Shown piece by piece: positions 22,990 through 31,110 of a stretch of 36,482 nucleotides of DNA. Every line of letters begins with the position of its first letter. The first letter of the stretch is position 1. The DNA is from a virus. Where the stretch lies: positions 1 through 36,482 of IMG/VR virus record IMGVR_UViG_3300000970_000005; one strand, written 5' to 3'. Below the pieces are notes generated by a model that did not search any database, was not told the DNA's origin, and saw only the letters and a program-made list of their open reading frames with translations. A program made the translations under genes and the position numbers.

Positions 22990-25266
22990 ATGAGCAAGAT
23001 CAACTTTCTTTCAGCGGCGCTTTTGGGCGCGGTAGTCACAATCAACGGTACATCAACCCAAGAATGGGGCGGAATACAGGCGACACCGGGAACGTCTGTC
23101 ACTATCGAATTTGAGCGATCCAATTACTACGCCGCACCAGAAGGTTTCAACTTCTACACCAGCGTGTCAGGTTTCGACACCGCAAGTGAGACCGATCTTG
23201 CGATCTATGATCCATCCTTTCACGATAAGGTTTATTTTTGGGATCATGGTGATGATTATGATTTCACCGCGCCACAGCATATTCCATCGCAGTTTATGAA
23301 AAGCCGGGATGCAATGGGACCAATCAGCGTCCACACCTATCGCAGCGCCGGAAACTATCGACCAAGGTGCATTGTCTATGAAAAATCATCCGGCAAGATC
23401 GGTGTTGGTTATCTCAACATTGGCGGCGCGTCTGAAGACACCCCGGCCGTTGCTGATCCTGATGTTGTCTTTGCCGGGGCAAACACGGTTTATGTTGATC
23501 CTGATGCGGTCTACAGCGGTGCGCCATCGGGCGCGCAAGAAAGCACCAGCTTAAACAGCGCTTACAATTTAGTTGCTGCATCTGAAAACTTGATGCGCAT
23601 TGTCCTATCCGCCGGGAAAACGCATGAAGTCACGTCTGAAATCGGATGGCGTCCATCATCGGCAACACGTGGACGGGTATTCAGGATTGAAAGCGATCCA
23701 TCAAATCCGGCAACCGTAGAACCAAGCGCGTCATTCCCTGATAATCAAGTGATGATCCGGGATCAGTCGAACCGGGATAATATGGCTAATCGTGAAAGTT
23801 GCCTATTCGGTGTGCGCTTCATTGGTCCATGGGACAGCACAACCGAAACCGGAAAGGCGATTTATATGATCAATCATACCATCTATTCATGTCAGTATGG
23901 TTTGGTTGAACAGTGTCATTTTTCCGGTTGGGCGATTGCGGTGAACTCACAGTTAAGCGGCGGCGTGAACCCCGGAAATCTTGTCAACTATGTGGTGACA
24001 GACACGGTTGTGACGAACTGGCAGAACTTTGGCTTTTATGGTCTGGATTATACGATCTTTGGTTTTGCGGGATCGCGGATCATGCAAGATGTGGACGCGC
24101 TAAGCGGTGGAAACAAATACATTGTTGGGTATACCGCATTTTACAACAACCATGGACCATATCGCATCCCTTACGTCTATATGGGATGTTTTCTGTCATG
24201 CGATCTGTTCAATCGGGTGGGATGGTCTGGTCAAGGTTCCATTGATGCAATCCAGCCTTGCGCGCGGATCAATTCGTCATGCAACGCAGGTGCGCGCTTC
24301 AATATGTGGGGATGTGTTCTTGAAGGTGGATATGTGGTTTTCCATGCCTTCCCTGCAAACAACAACCTCACGATCAACGTGGTCAACTACGTGCTTGAAG
24401 CCAATTTCTTCCTTATGGACTTTGAAACCACGGTTCCGATTGAAACGGCTTATGGGGGATGGTCAATCCGCAACAACTTCGCGGTTGTGCCGAACGTCCA
24501 AAAGGACATATCGGTATATGGCGAAGTTTGGGGCGGTCACTTTGGTGAATTTGTGCGGGTGCGTGGGGATCAGTTGAACACATACACATCGGAATGTATG
24601 GCCGCGCCAATCATTGTGGAAAACAATACGATCATCAATCTTTTGGCGGATGTGAATGACAGCCCGGCCGGGGGAACTATTGTAGCTGTGGCGCAGAATG
24701 GATCGAATACGTTCACCGCGATCACAGATCGCAACAACATCATTCATGAGCCTAACAGAACGGTTCCCAATACCCCGGCCGCGCCATTGTCTTCAGCGCA
24801 GTTGTTCACGCCAAGAATGAAGGCGTATGTTAAAACCAGCGCAAGGTTCGTGTTTGCTTCCACAACGGTTCTTGATGGTGGAATGATCATGGTTGATCTG
24901 ACAACGGCTTTTGGTGGAAGCAACATTTCGGCGGTTGCTGATATTGATGTTGCTTCAGGCAAGACGCACGTGGAAGCTGGTGGAACGTTCCATTTGGTGG
25001 ATGTGATCAGTGTTGTTGGTGACACCTTAACTGTTCAGAACAACACAGGGGCAACCATTTCAAACGCGACAGCGTTGACGGTTCCCCTTGCCAATCACAT
25101 CACGTTGACGGGAAGCGAGACCCCGGCCGGATCGGCTCACTTGTGGGAACTTGCGGCGGGATCACCGGGCATTGGTGGCGGTGTGACTGATGGTCCGCTT
25201 TATGACTTCAATGGGGATGATCGCAGTTCACCGCACGATCTGGGCGCGATCCTATACGCTTCCTGA
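22990..25266 (+). CDS. Tail spike / putative depolymerase-like protein (758 aa)
   Basis: GGAG lies 8 nt upstream. A PKD-like signature (HTYRSAGNYRPRCIVYE) is near the N-terminus. Recurrent N-rich turns (IRNNFAV, ENNTIINLL, DRNNIIHEPN) are compatible with a parallel beta-helix. Confidence 0.65.
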   Translation: MSKINFLSAALLGAVVTINGTSTQEWGGIQATPGTSVTIEFERSNYYAAPEGFNFYTSVSGFDTASETDLAIYDPSFHDKVYFWDHGDDYDFTAPQHIPSQFMKSRDAMGPISVHTYRSAGNYRPRCIVYEKSSGKIGVGYLNIGGASEDTPAVADPDVVFAGANTVYVDPDAVYSGAPSGAQESTSLNSAYNLVAASENLMRIVLSAGKTHEVTSEIGWRPSSATRGRVFRIESDPSNPATVEPSASFPDNQVMIRDQSNRDNMANRESCLFGVRFIGPWDSTTETGKAIYMINHTIYSCQYGLVEQCHFSGWAIAVNSQLSGGVNPGNLVNYVVTDTVVTNWQNFGFYGLDYTIFGFAGSRIMQDVDALSGGNKYIVGYTAFYNNHGPYRIPYVYMGCFLSCDLFNRVGWSGQGSIDAIQPCARINSSCNAGARFNMWGCVLEGGYVVFHAFPANNNLTINVVNYVLEANFFLMDFETTVPIETAYGGWSIRNNFAVVPNVQKDISVYGEVWGGHFGEFVRVRGDQLNTYTSECMAAPIIVENNTIINLLADVNDSPAGGTIVAVAQNGSNTFTAITDRNNIIHEPNRTVPNTPAAPLSSAQLFTPRMKAYVKTSARFVFASTTVLDGGMIMVDLTTAFGGSNISAVADIDVASGKTHVEAGGTFHLVDVISVVGDTLTVQNNTGATISNATALTVPLANHITLTGSETPAGSAHLWELAAGSPGIGGGVTDGPLYDFNGDDRSSPHDLGAILYAS

Positions 25267-25330
25267 TGTCTTGGTGATCACGATCCTATAAGATATGGTT
25301 GAGCCTGATCACATTTGAAAGGGCTCGACC

Positions 25331-25585
25331 ATGACAACTTCAGTAAATCCAGCAAGTGAACAATGGAACCCAACATTGTCAGATGACGCGAACCACACCG
25401 AACGTGATGGGCGCGCACGTGGGATAACAATCCAAGCTGAAGGAACCGTTGTTCTGGAAATGATTTCAGGTGACATCGTGACCCGAACCGGATTGAACGC
25501 AAACATTGACTATCCATATCGGGTGAAGCGAGTTGTAGCTACTGGAACAACCGTGGGCGCGAACAACATCTTCTTGTTGGCGTGA
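25331..25585 (+). CDS. Hypothetical protein (84 aa)
   Basis: The ORF has AAGGG upstream. No motif was recognised. Confidence 0.5.
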   Translation: MTTSVNPASEQWNPTLSDDANHTERDGRARGITIQAEGTVVLEMISGDIVTRTGLNANIDYPYRVKRVVATGTTVGANNIFLLA

Positions 25586-25845
25586 TGAACGCCGCGTCAA
25601 TCGAAAAGATCAAGGATGATTTCCGGGCGTGTTTAACGGTTCATGAAGTGGACCTTACCGCCCGTAAACATGCGCGCCCGGTGGTTGAAATGGGGAAGAC
25701 CAAAGCAACCCGGCCGCAATCCATACAAATCAAAAACCTTGCCAACTATATGCGGACTATGATCCGCCAAGGCATTATCCCCGGACATCAGCAACATGAC
25801 CAATCCCAAGAGAACAGCGGCAATCCGCAAGCGCCTAAAGGATGA
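25585..25845 (+). CDS. Hypothetical basic protein (86 aa) directly upstream of terL, a positional candidate for the small terminase
   Basis: TGATG overlap with the upstream stop. Its last 50 nt overlap the terL ORF in another frame. Position is the only evidence. Confidence 0.4.
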   Translation: MNAASIEKIKDDFRACLTVHEVDLTARKHARPVVEMGKTKATRPQSIQIKNLANYMRTMIRQGIIPGHQQHDQSQENSGNPQAPKG

Positions 25846-27433
25846 TTTCGAATATTTCGCGCCGCGATGTCTGAAAATCCTTACAAAGCCGAACGAACAT
25901 GGAAAGGTTGAAATCCTTCCGTTTAAGTTCAACGCTGCGCAAAAGCACATCCACAAACGGATAGAGCAACAAAGATCAGAATTTGGCTATGTCCGGGCGA
26001 TCATCCTGAAGGGAAGACAGCAAGGCGCATCCACCTATACGGAAGGGCGCTTCTACTGGAAGACCACACAGAACAAGGGGGAAAAAACCTACATCCTGAC
26101 ACACTCAAAAGAGGCTACGGACAACCTGTTTGGGATGGTTGATCGTTATCACACCAATGCACCGATCCACGTGCGGCCGTATGTCGGGAAAGACAACGCT
26201 AAGGAACTGGTTTTTGACAAGCTGGATAGTCGCTATCAGGTGGCAACGGCCGGCGCAAAAGGTGCGGGGCGATCCGCAACGCTGACCAACGTTCACGGTT
26301 CAGAAGTCGCCTTTTGGGAAAACGCTGAAAAACACTTGGGCGGGATGCTTCAGGCGGTTCCATTGGCGCAGGGAACGGAAGTTGTCCTTGAAAGCACCGC
26401 CAACGGGATCGGCAATGTATTTCACAAACAATGGCAAATGGCGGAACGTGGTGAAAGTGACTTCATCGCCATCTTTGTTCCATGGTTTTGGCAGACAGAA
26501 TATAGGCGCACACCACCACAAGACTTCCAAGTTTCGATGGACCCAGAAAGCGTTCCAGATGGGGAACTGACGGAAGCCGAATATCAAGAACTTTACAATC
26601 TGGATGATGGTCAAATCTTCTGGCGTCGGATGAAAATCCGGGAACTTGGCGGCGGGGATGAAGGCTTTGCGTTATTCCAACAGGAGTATCCAGCCACACC
26701 AGATGAAGCATTCCAATCATCACAGGCGGGGAACAGTTTGATCAAGCGCAAGCATGTCCTGAAGGCGCGGAAATCGACTGTAACAAGCCATGGTCAATTG
26801 ATCATTGGTGTTGATCCCGGCGGCGAAGGCGAAGGTGGCGATCCAACAGGTATAATCAGGCGACGTGGGCGGCGCATGTTCGGACACCAGTTGATCACCA
26901 AGCTGAACACAATGCAAATCGCGGCGTTGATTGCGCGGATCGTCAAGGATGAACGTCCACACCGGGTCTTTGTTGATGTTGGTGGGTTAGGGACCGGGAT
27001 TGTTGACAGGTGCCTTGAAATGCCTGTGTGTCGCGGTGTGGTGATCCCTGTGAACTTTGGGGAAGCTGCGATGGACCCGGACAAGTATAGGAACCGCCGG
27101 GCGGAAATGCACTGGACATTGAAGGAATGGTTGGAAGACCCCGGCGGCGCGAACATTCCTGATGAAGATGTGATCCAAGCTGATTTCTTGGCGTCAGTGA
27201 TCAAGGCGGGTGACAGCCTTCAGCGGCGTCAATTGATGTCTAAAGAATGGATGAAGTCAAAAGGCATTGCATCACCAAACCTTGCGGACGCGGGTGCGTT
27301 GACATTTGCCATCCCGGTTGCGGCCGTGGATGCTATGGTTGGTCTATCGGCTGATGAATACGATCCATTAAGTCCAGATCAGACGTTCCATCAGTCCAGT
27401 GTGTCGGATTTTGATCCTTTGGATGGATATTGA
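25796..27433 (+). CDS. terL: Terminase large subunit
   Basis: A Walker A-like segment is AIILKGRQQGASTY and a Walker B / catalytic Glu-like segment is LTNVHGSEVAFW. An ESTANG coupling motif is present, followed by a C-terminal nuclease-type region (IGVDPGG...VFVDVGGLG). Confidence 0.85.
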   Translation: MTNPKRTAAIRKRLKDDFEYFAPRCLKILTKPNEHGKVEILPFKFNAAQKHIHKRIEQQRSEFGYVRAIILKGRQQGASTYTEGRFYWKTTQNKGEKTYILTHSKEATDNLFGMVDRYHTNAPIHVRPYVGKDNAKELVFDKLDSRYQVATAGAKGAGRSATLTNVHGSEVAFWENAEKHLGGMLQAVPLAQGTEVVLESTANGIGNVFHKQWQMAERGESDFIAIFVPWFWQTEYRRTPPQDFQVSMDPESVPDGELTEAEYQELYNLDDGQIFWRRMKIRELGGGDEGFALFQQEYPATPDEAFQSSQAGNSLIKRKHVLKARKSTVTSHGQLIIGVDPGGEGEGGDPTGIIRRRGRRMFGHQLITKLNTMQIAALIARIVKDERPHRVFVDVGGLGTGIVDRCLEMPVCRGVVIPVNFGEAAMDPDKYRNRRAEMHWTLKEWLEDPGGANIPDEDVIQADFLASVIKAGDSLQRRQLMSKEWMKSKGIASPNLADAGALTFAIPVAAVDAMVGLSADEYDPLSPDQTFHQSSVSDFDPLDGY

Positions 27434-27505
27434 TCATCAGGTCTTAAATCTCTGATCATCAATGTGATTATTTCTGATCATCAGAGGATAATTGATTGAT
27501 CATCA
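27431..27505 (+). repeat. Four TGATCATCA 9-mers phased at exactly 22 bp, the first overlapping the terL stop codon
   Basis: Copies lie at 27431-27439, 27453-27461, 27475-27483 and 27497-27505. Confidence 0.9.
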
Positions 27506-27575
27506 AAAACCACGAAAAATGGTTATTTTTGTGCTTAAAAAGTGTGCATGATCCGAAATTATCCAATGAAAATTC

Positions 27576-27606
27576 TGATGATCAAGGCGAAACGCTCTGA
27601 TGATCA
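27576..27606 (+). repeat. Two TGATGATCA 9-mers 22 bp apart (reverse complement of TGATCATCA)
   Basis: Copies lie at 27576-27584 and 27598-27606. The second begins the block homologous to 16525 onward. Confidence 0.85.
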
Positions 27607-27613
27607 AAGCCGT

Positions 27614-27674
27614 ATACAATACAGACAATACAATACAGACAATACAATACAGACAGACAAAGGGGGTGTGGGGG
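27614..27674 (+). repeat. Perfect 14-bp tandem repeat ATACAATACAGACA x3 followed by GACAAA and GGGGGTGTGGGGG
   Basis: The units are 27614-27627, 27628-27641 and 27642-27655. The G-block is at 27662-27674. Confidence 0.9.
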
Positions 27675-27676
27675 AA

Positions 27677-27832
27677 ATGACGTTCAAAGAAATGATCAGG
27701 ATTTACAGCCGGGTGATTTGGTTCACGATCCGGGAAGCGATGATTGACGTTTGGTTGATCTTCTGGCCGATGTTTTCGGTGATCGGGTTGATAATGGTTA
27801 TCATCCGGTTTTGGTCGTGGGTGTTGTTCTGA
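27677..27832 (+). CDS. Small hydrophobic protein (51 aa), a possible holin-like or membrane protein
   Basis: The product is MTFKEMIRIYSRVIWFTIREAMIDVWLIFWPMFSVIGLIMVIIRFWSWVLF. The ATG comes just after the G-block. The upstream in-frame extension to 27542 reads through the repeat module and I treat it as non-coding, without certainty. Confidence 0.4.
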   Translation: MTFKEMIRIYSRVIWFTIREAMIDVWLIFWPMFSVIGLIMVIIRFWSWVLF

Positions 27833-28344
27833 TGTTCATTCCAGACAGAAGATGCTTCACGGGCTATGTGGTTTTTGTGGGTTCGGATCACAGACAGTTT
27901 TGGCGGATATTCACCAAACGGGGATGGCGTCATTGCTTTGTGATCATGTCCCATCCATCGCCAAACGGCTTGTTCGGCGGATCGTGCCTGATCGTCAATC
28001 AGCGCTTGGATCATCTGTTCGTGGATCAGGTGGATGTCACGGCCGCGTTCGCAGCACAACACGCGCTGAAAGAGGGTGCAACGTGCGTGATAAAAATCAG
28101 GATTGACCAAAAATCCGCACCCGTTTACGTTCCACGGGGAATGATCACTTGCGTTTCGATTGTGAAATCAGTTCTTGGTTTGCGTGGGTGGTACATCTGG
28201 ACGCCGCAACATTTGGCGCGCTGGATGCTCAAAAATGGTGGCGAAATTGTGAGGCTTGAAGATGGGCGAATTGATCGGGATGAAAAAGCCCAAAGTGAGC
28301 AAGGCAACCCAACAAGCGCAACGTCGCCAAGCGAAATCCATTGA
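27832..28344 (+). CDS. Hypothetical protein (170 aa)
   Basis: TGATG overlap with the upstream stop. The conserved-looking segments GWRHCFVI and TCVSIVKSVLGL...W.TP..LARW are not assignable. The antisense ORF 27703..28110 is a competing model. Confidence 0.45.
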   Translation: MFIPDRRCFTGYVVFVGSDHRQFWRIFTKRGWRHCFVIMSHPSPNGLFGGSCLIVNQRLDHLFVDQVDVTAAFAAQHALKEGATCVIKIRIDQKSAPVYVPRGMITCVSIVKSVLGLRGWYIWTPQHLARWMLKNGGEIVRLEDGRIDRDEKAQSEQGNPTSATSPSEIH

Positions 28345-28477
28345 TGATCAAACAGCGGACGCCGCAAAGGAAGCTGGTTCCAGAAATCGCATCATGCGGA
28401 AGCGGCAATCATCAGGTGGGAACCTGTTCTCCCGTGGTGGCGCAGTTGGTGTTTCAAAAGACACGTTGGGCGGCTGA
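28262..28477 (+). CDS. Small basic protein upstream of the portal (71 aa)
   Basis: The ATG at 28262 has GAGG 7 nt upstream. It is Lys/Arg/Gln-rich and ends in ...GNLFSRGG...SKDTLGG, a pattern I recall from small proteins beside podovirus portal genes. It overlaps 27832..28344 by 83 nt, so the start is uncertain. Confidence 0.45.
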   Translation: MGELIGMKKPKVSKATQQAQRRQAKSIDDQTADAAKEAGSRNRIMRKRQSSGGNLFSRGGAVGVSKDTLGG

Positions 28478-30123
28478 TGCCTCAACTCAAACTTGAAACT
28501 CTGATTGAAGCGTCTGAAAGAGCATGGACGAACAAATCACATTGGGATGAATTGGTCCGCGAATGTTTCGAATTCGCTATGCCAGATCGAAACCCGTATC
28601 ACTACAACGGGACCGGACGTCCACAGGGCGCGCACGGAACCAAGGGGAAGGATAAGAATTCCCGGCGCGTGTATGACAGCACGTTGCAAACTGACACCAT
28701 CAAGATCGCCAATCGCATCCAATATGAACTGTTTCCGATTGGTCATCAGTGGGCAACGTTCCAGCCCGGCGCATTTGTTCAGGACCAAGCCAAGGAACAA
28801 GCGCGCGGATCGCTTCACGGACTTCAGGAAGTTGTCTTCACCGCTATCAGCTTCAGTAATTTTGATCTTTCAATCTCGGAATGGTTGCTTGAATTGATTG
28901 TTGCTGGAACGGCCGTGATGCACGTCACGCCGGGTGATGATGATAACCCGGTCATCTATCAATGCGTTTCACAGTCTCACGTTGCCTTGCGTGAAGGCGC
29001 GATGGGCAAGATTGATCTGATCAGCAGGAAGCACAAGATGCGCCTGACACTGGTTGAACAGACTTGGCGGGATGCCAAAATTGACATCACGGAAGATGAA
29101 CGCAAAGACGATCCCGAACTAGACATCATTGATGTTTGCTATTTCGACGCAAGGGAAAACGTTTGGTTCTATGACGTGGTGATCACAGGCGGATTGAAAG
29201 CAAAAACCAAAGAACACCGGATTGTTGAACGATCATATGAAATCTGCCCTTGGATCATCACCAGATGGAACAAGGCGGCGGAAGAAGTCCAAGGTCGTTC
29301 GCTTGTCATGCAAGCGTTGCCGGATGCGCGGGTTCTATCGGCGGTTAAAGCGTACATCCTGAAGCAAGCCGCGCTTTCAATCGGGGGCGTTTTCCTTGGC
29401 CGAAATGATGGCATTCTTAACCCTAACACGGTGCGGATAGCGCCGGGCGCAGTGATCCCCGTCCGGGCGACAGGCGGTCAAGCTGGTGCAAGCCTGACAC
29501 CGCTTCCGGTTGGCGGTGACATGAACCTTGCCGATCTGGTGATCAAAGACTTGGTGAATTCCATCCACAAGATCATGATGAATGATGGGATGCCGGATGT
29601 GTCTGAAGGTGTCCGAACTGCAACCGAACTGATTGAACGGATGAAGGAACTTCAGCAATCCTTGGGCGCACCCTTTGCGCGCATTTTGAAGGAAGGGATC
29701 ATTCCGATCCTTGAAGCTACCATTGCCGTTTTGTCTGAAGCTGGTGTGATCCCTGAACTGGATGGACGCAAGATCAAGCTGAACAGCGGACAGATTGAAG
29801 TCCGGTTCGCGTCACCTCTTGTTCAAGGTCAATCGGTTCGCGAGGTTGAGGCAGCAAGACAAGCCATGATGATCACGGCGGAAGCGGCCGGGGAAGAGGC
29901 CGTTGGCCTGAACTTCAAGATTGAAGACTTTGGCGCGTTTGTGGCTGAAAAACTTGGCGTTGTTCCTGATCTGGTTCGGATCAGATCGGAACGTGAAAAG
30001 TTGCAGAAAGAGGCGGCGCAAGTTATGGCTATGCAAGCCAATGGGCAACCGTCCGTTGGTGGAACGGGGGGAGTTATCCCACAACAGCAACAAATGGCCG
30101 GGTCCGTTCCTCTGGCCGCATAG
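28477..30123 (+). CDS. Portal (T7 gp8-like head-to-tail connector)
   Basis: At 548 aa it sits upstream of the scaffold and capsid genes. The N-terminal region (..RNPY....G...........VYDST......IANRIQYELFP) parallels the T7 gp8 N-terminus (..RAPY.........LASKLMLALFP). Confidence 0.85.
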   Translation: MPQLKLETLIEASERAWTNKSHWDELVRECFEFAMPDRNPYHYNGTGRPQGAHGTKGKDKNSRRVYDSTLQTDTIKIANRIQYELFPIGHQWATFQPGAFVQDQAKEQARGSLHGLQEVVFTAISFSNFDLSISEWLLELIVAGTAVMHVTPGDDDNPVIYQCVSQSHVALREGAMGKIDLISRKHKMRLTLVEQTWRDAKIDITEDERKDDPELDIIDVCYFDARENVWFYDVVITGGLKAKTKEHRIVERSYEICPWIITRWNKAAEEVQGRSLVMQALPDARVLSAVKAYILKQAALSIGGVFLGRNDGILNPNTVRIAPGAVIPVRATGGQAGASLTPLPVGGDMNLADLVIKDLVNSIHKIMMNDGMPDVSEGVRTATELIERMKELQQSLGAPFARILKEGIIPILEATIAVLSEAGVIPELDGRKIKLNSGQIEVRFASPLVQGQSVREVEAARQAMMITAEAAGEEAVGLNFKIEDFGAFVAEKLGVVPDLVRIRSEREKLQKEAAQVMAMQANGQPSVGGTGGVIPQQQQMAGSVPLAA

Positions 30124-30130
30124 GTGACAG

Positions 30131-30502
30131 ATGGCAGATTTTGACCCTTTTTCATGGCTTGGTGGACAAGACCCATTCACGGACCAATCTGAAGCACAAA
30201 GTAAATCGGCAATGGATGCGCTTGAAAAGCGTCTTGAACTTGCCAGAAAAGTTCATGCGATATTTGCGCAGACACCCGATGGAATTGATGTTCTTCAGAC
30301 CATGCGCGATCTTACAATTGAACTTCCGTTGATGCAGATCAGCGGATCACTTGTCCAAGGCGAAGTGACGCTTTCCCCGGCTGATTGGGCATATATCCGG
30401 GAAGGTCAAAATTCTGTCATCCGGTTCCTTGAAGGATTGATCCACTTGGCAGAAAACCCACCCGAAATCGAAAAACAGGAAGAGGATGAAACCGATGTCT
30501 GA
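30131..30502 (+). CDS. Hypothetical head-module protein (123 aa)
   Basis: The ORF lies between the portal and scaffold genes. No motif was recognised. Confidence 0.55.
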   Translation: MADFDPFSWLGGQDPFTDQSEAQSKSAMDALEKRLELARKVHAIFAQTPDGIDVLQTMRDLTIELPLMQISGSLVQGEVTLSPADWAYIREGQNSVIRFLEGLIHLAENPPEIEKQEEDETDV

Positions 30503-31025
30503 AACAATTTCTTTGCAAGATGCGATTGCAAACTTGAACCCGTCAAATGATGAACACTGGACAAAATCAGGCTTGCCAGACTTGGACACGTTACGCACTA
30601 TGACAGGCAATGGTGATCTATCGCGGGGTGATGTTGATGCAGTTGTTCCTTCTGGTTTCAATCGTTCAAATGCTCACGCTGCGCCCACGCCGGGCGGAAC
30701 TGGTGCGGCCGGGGAAGATGACATGGGTTCCCAAGCAAGCGCCAATCTGGAAGGCACGCCGGGAACGGGTCAGGGTGGCGTGGATTTGAGCGCCACAGCC
30801 TTTGCGGTTGGTGAATTGCTTTCATCTGCATTTGAAGATGATGGTGAATTCAATGCAATCATTCTGATGGAAGCGGCCGTTGCGGCCGCGCAATCTGATC
30901 GGTTTCGCAGCAATTCCGTCCTGATGGGATTGACCCGTGGTTATCAGGCGTCACAGGATCAAATCCGCGAAGTTCAAGATCGGATTGATGTGCGCCGGGA
31001 TCGTCGGACGAAACGTAAATCATAG
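30486..31025 (+). CDS. Hypothetical head-module protein (179 aa)
   Basis: Both the ATG at 30486 and the ATG at 30495 have plausible SDs. The N-terminus is NDEHWTKSGLPDLDTLRTMTG. Confidence 0.55.
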   Translation: MKPMSETISLQDAIANLNPSNDEHWTKSGLPDLDTLRTMTGNGDLSRGDVDAVVPSGFNRSNAHAAPTPGGTGAAGEDDMGSQASANLEGTPGTGQGGVDLSATAFAVGELLSSAFEDDGEFNAIILMEAAVAAAQSDRFRSNSVLMGLTRGYQASQDQIREVQDRIDVRRDRRTKRKS

Positions 31026-31054
31026 CCCGAACTTACACATCTTTCAAAAATGAC

Positions 31055-31084
31055 AGCGCCGCCCTATGATGGGGCGGCGTTTCT
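31055..31084 (+). terminator. Rho-independent terminator candidate
   Basis: A GC-rich stem pairs 31055-31064 with 31072-31080 (CGCCGCCC / GGGCGGCG core), with a 7-nt loop followed by TTTCT. Confidence 0.6.
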
Positions 31085-31110
31085 ACATCAGCAACAAGGA
31101 TCATAAAAAA

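Noticed and set aside
27431-27655. Regularly spaced short repeats that could be mistaken for a CRISPR array
   Set aside because: The repeat unit is only 9 bp with 13-bp spacers at a 22-bp period, and the 14-bp units are directly tandem with no spacers. No cas genes are present. The geometry fits protein-binding iterons, not CRISPR.
27542-27676. N-terminal extension of ORF 27542..27832 that translates the repeat module (…SDDQSRIQYRQYNTDNTIQTDKGGVGE…)
   Set aside because: None of the upstream starts (27542, 27548, 27566) has a convincing RBS. The segment consists of perfect DNA tandem repeats and phased motifs, and the hydrophobic part begins at the ATG at 27677. The same frame is also open at the homologous locus in the DUF1376 gene, so coding cannot be fully excluded.
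27703-28110. Minus-strand 135-aa ORF as an alternative to the plus-strand gene 27832..28344
   Set aside because: It would be an isolated leftward gene between terL and the portal, overlapping the hydrophobic small ORF. The plus-strand ORF is translationally coupled (TGATG) and has conserved-looking Cys/Trp segments. This was not excluded rigorously.
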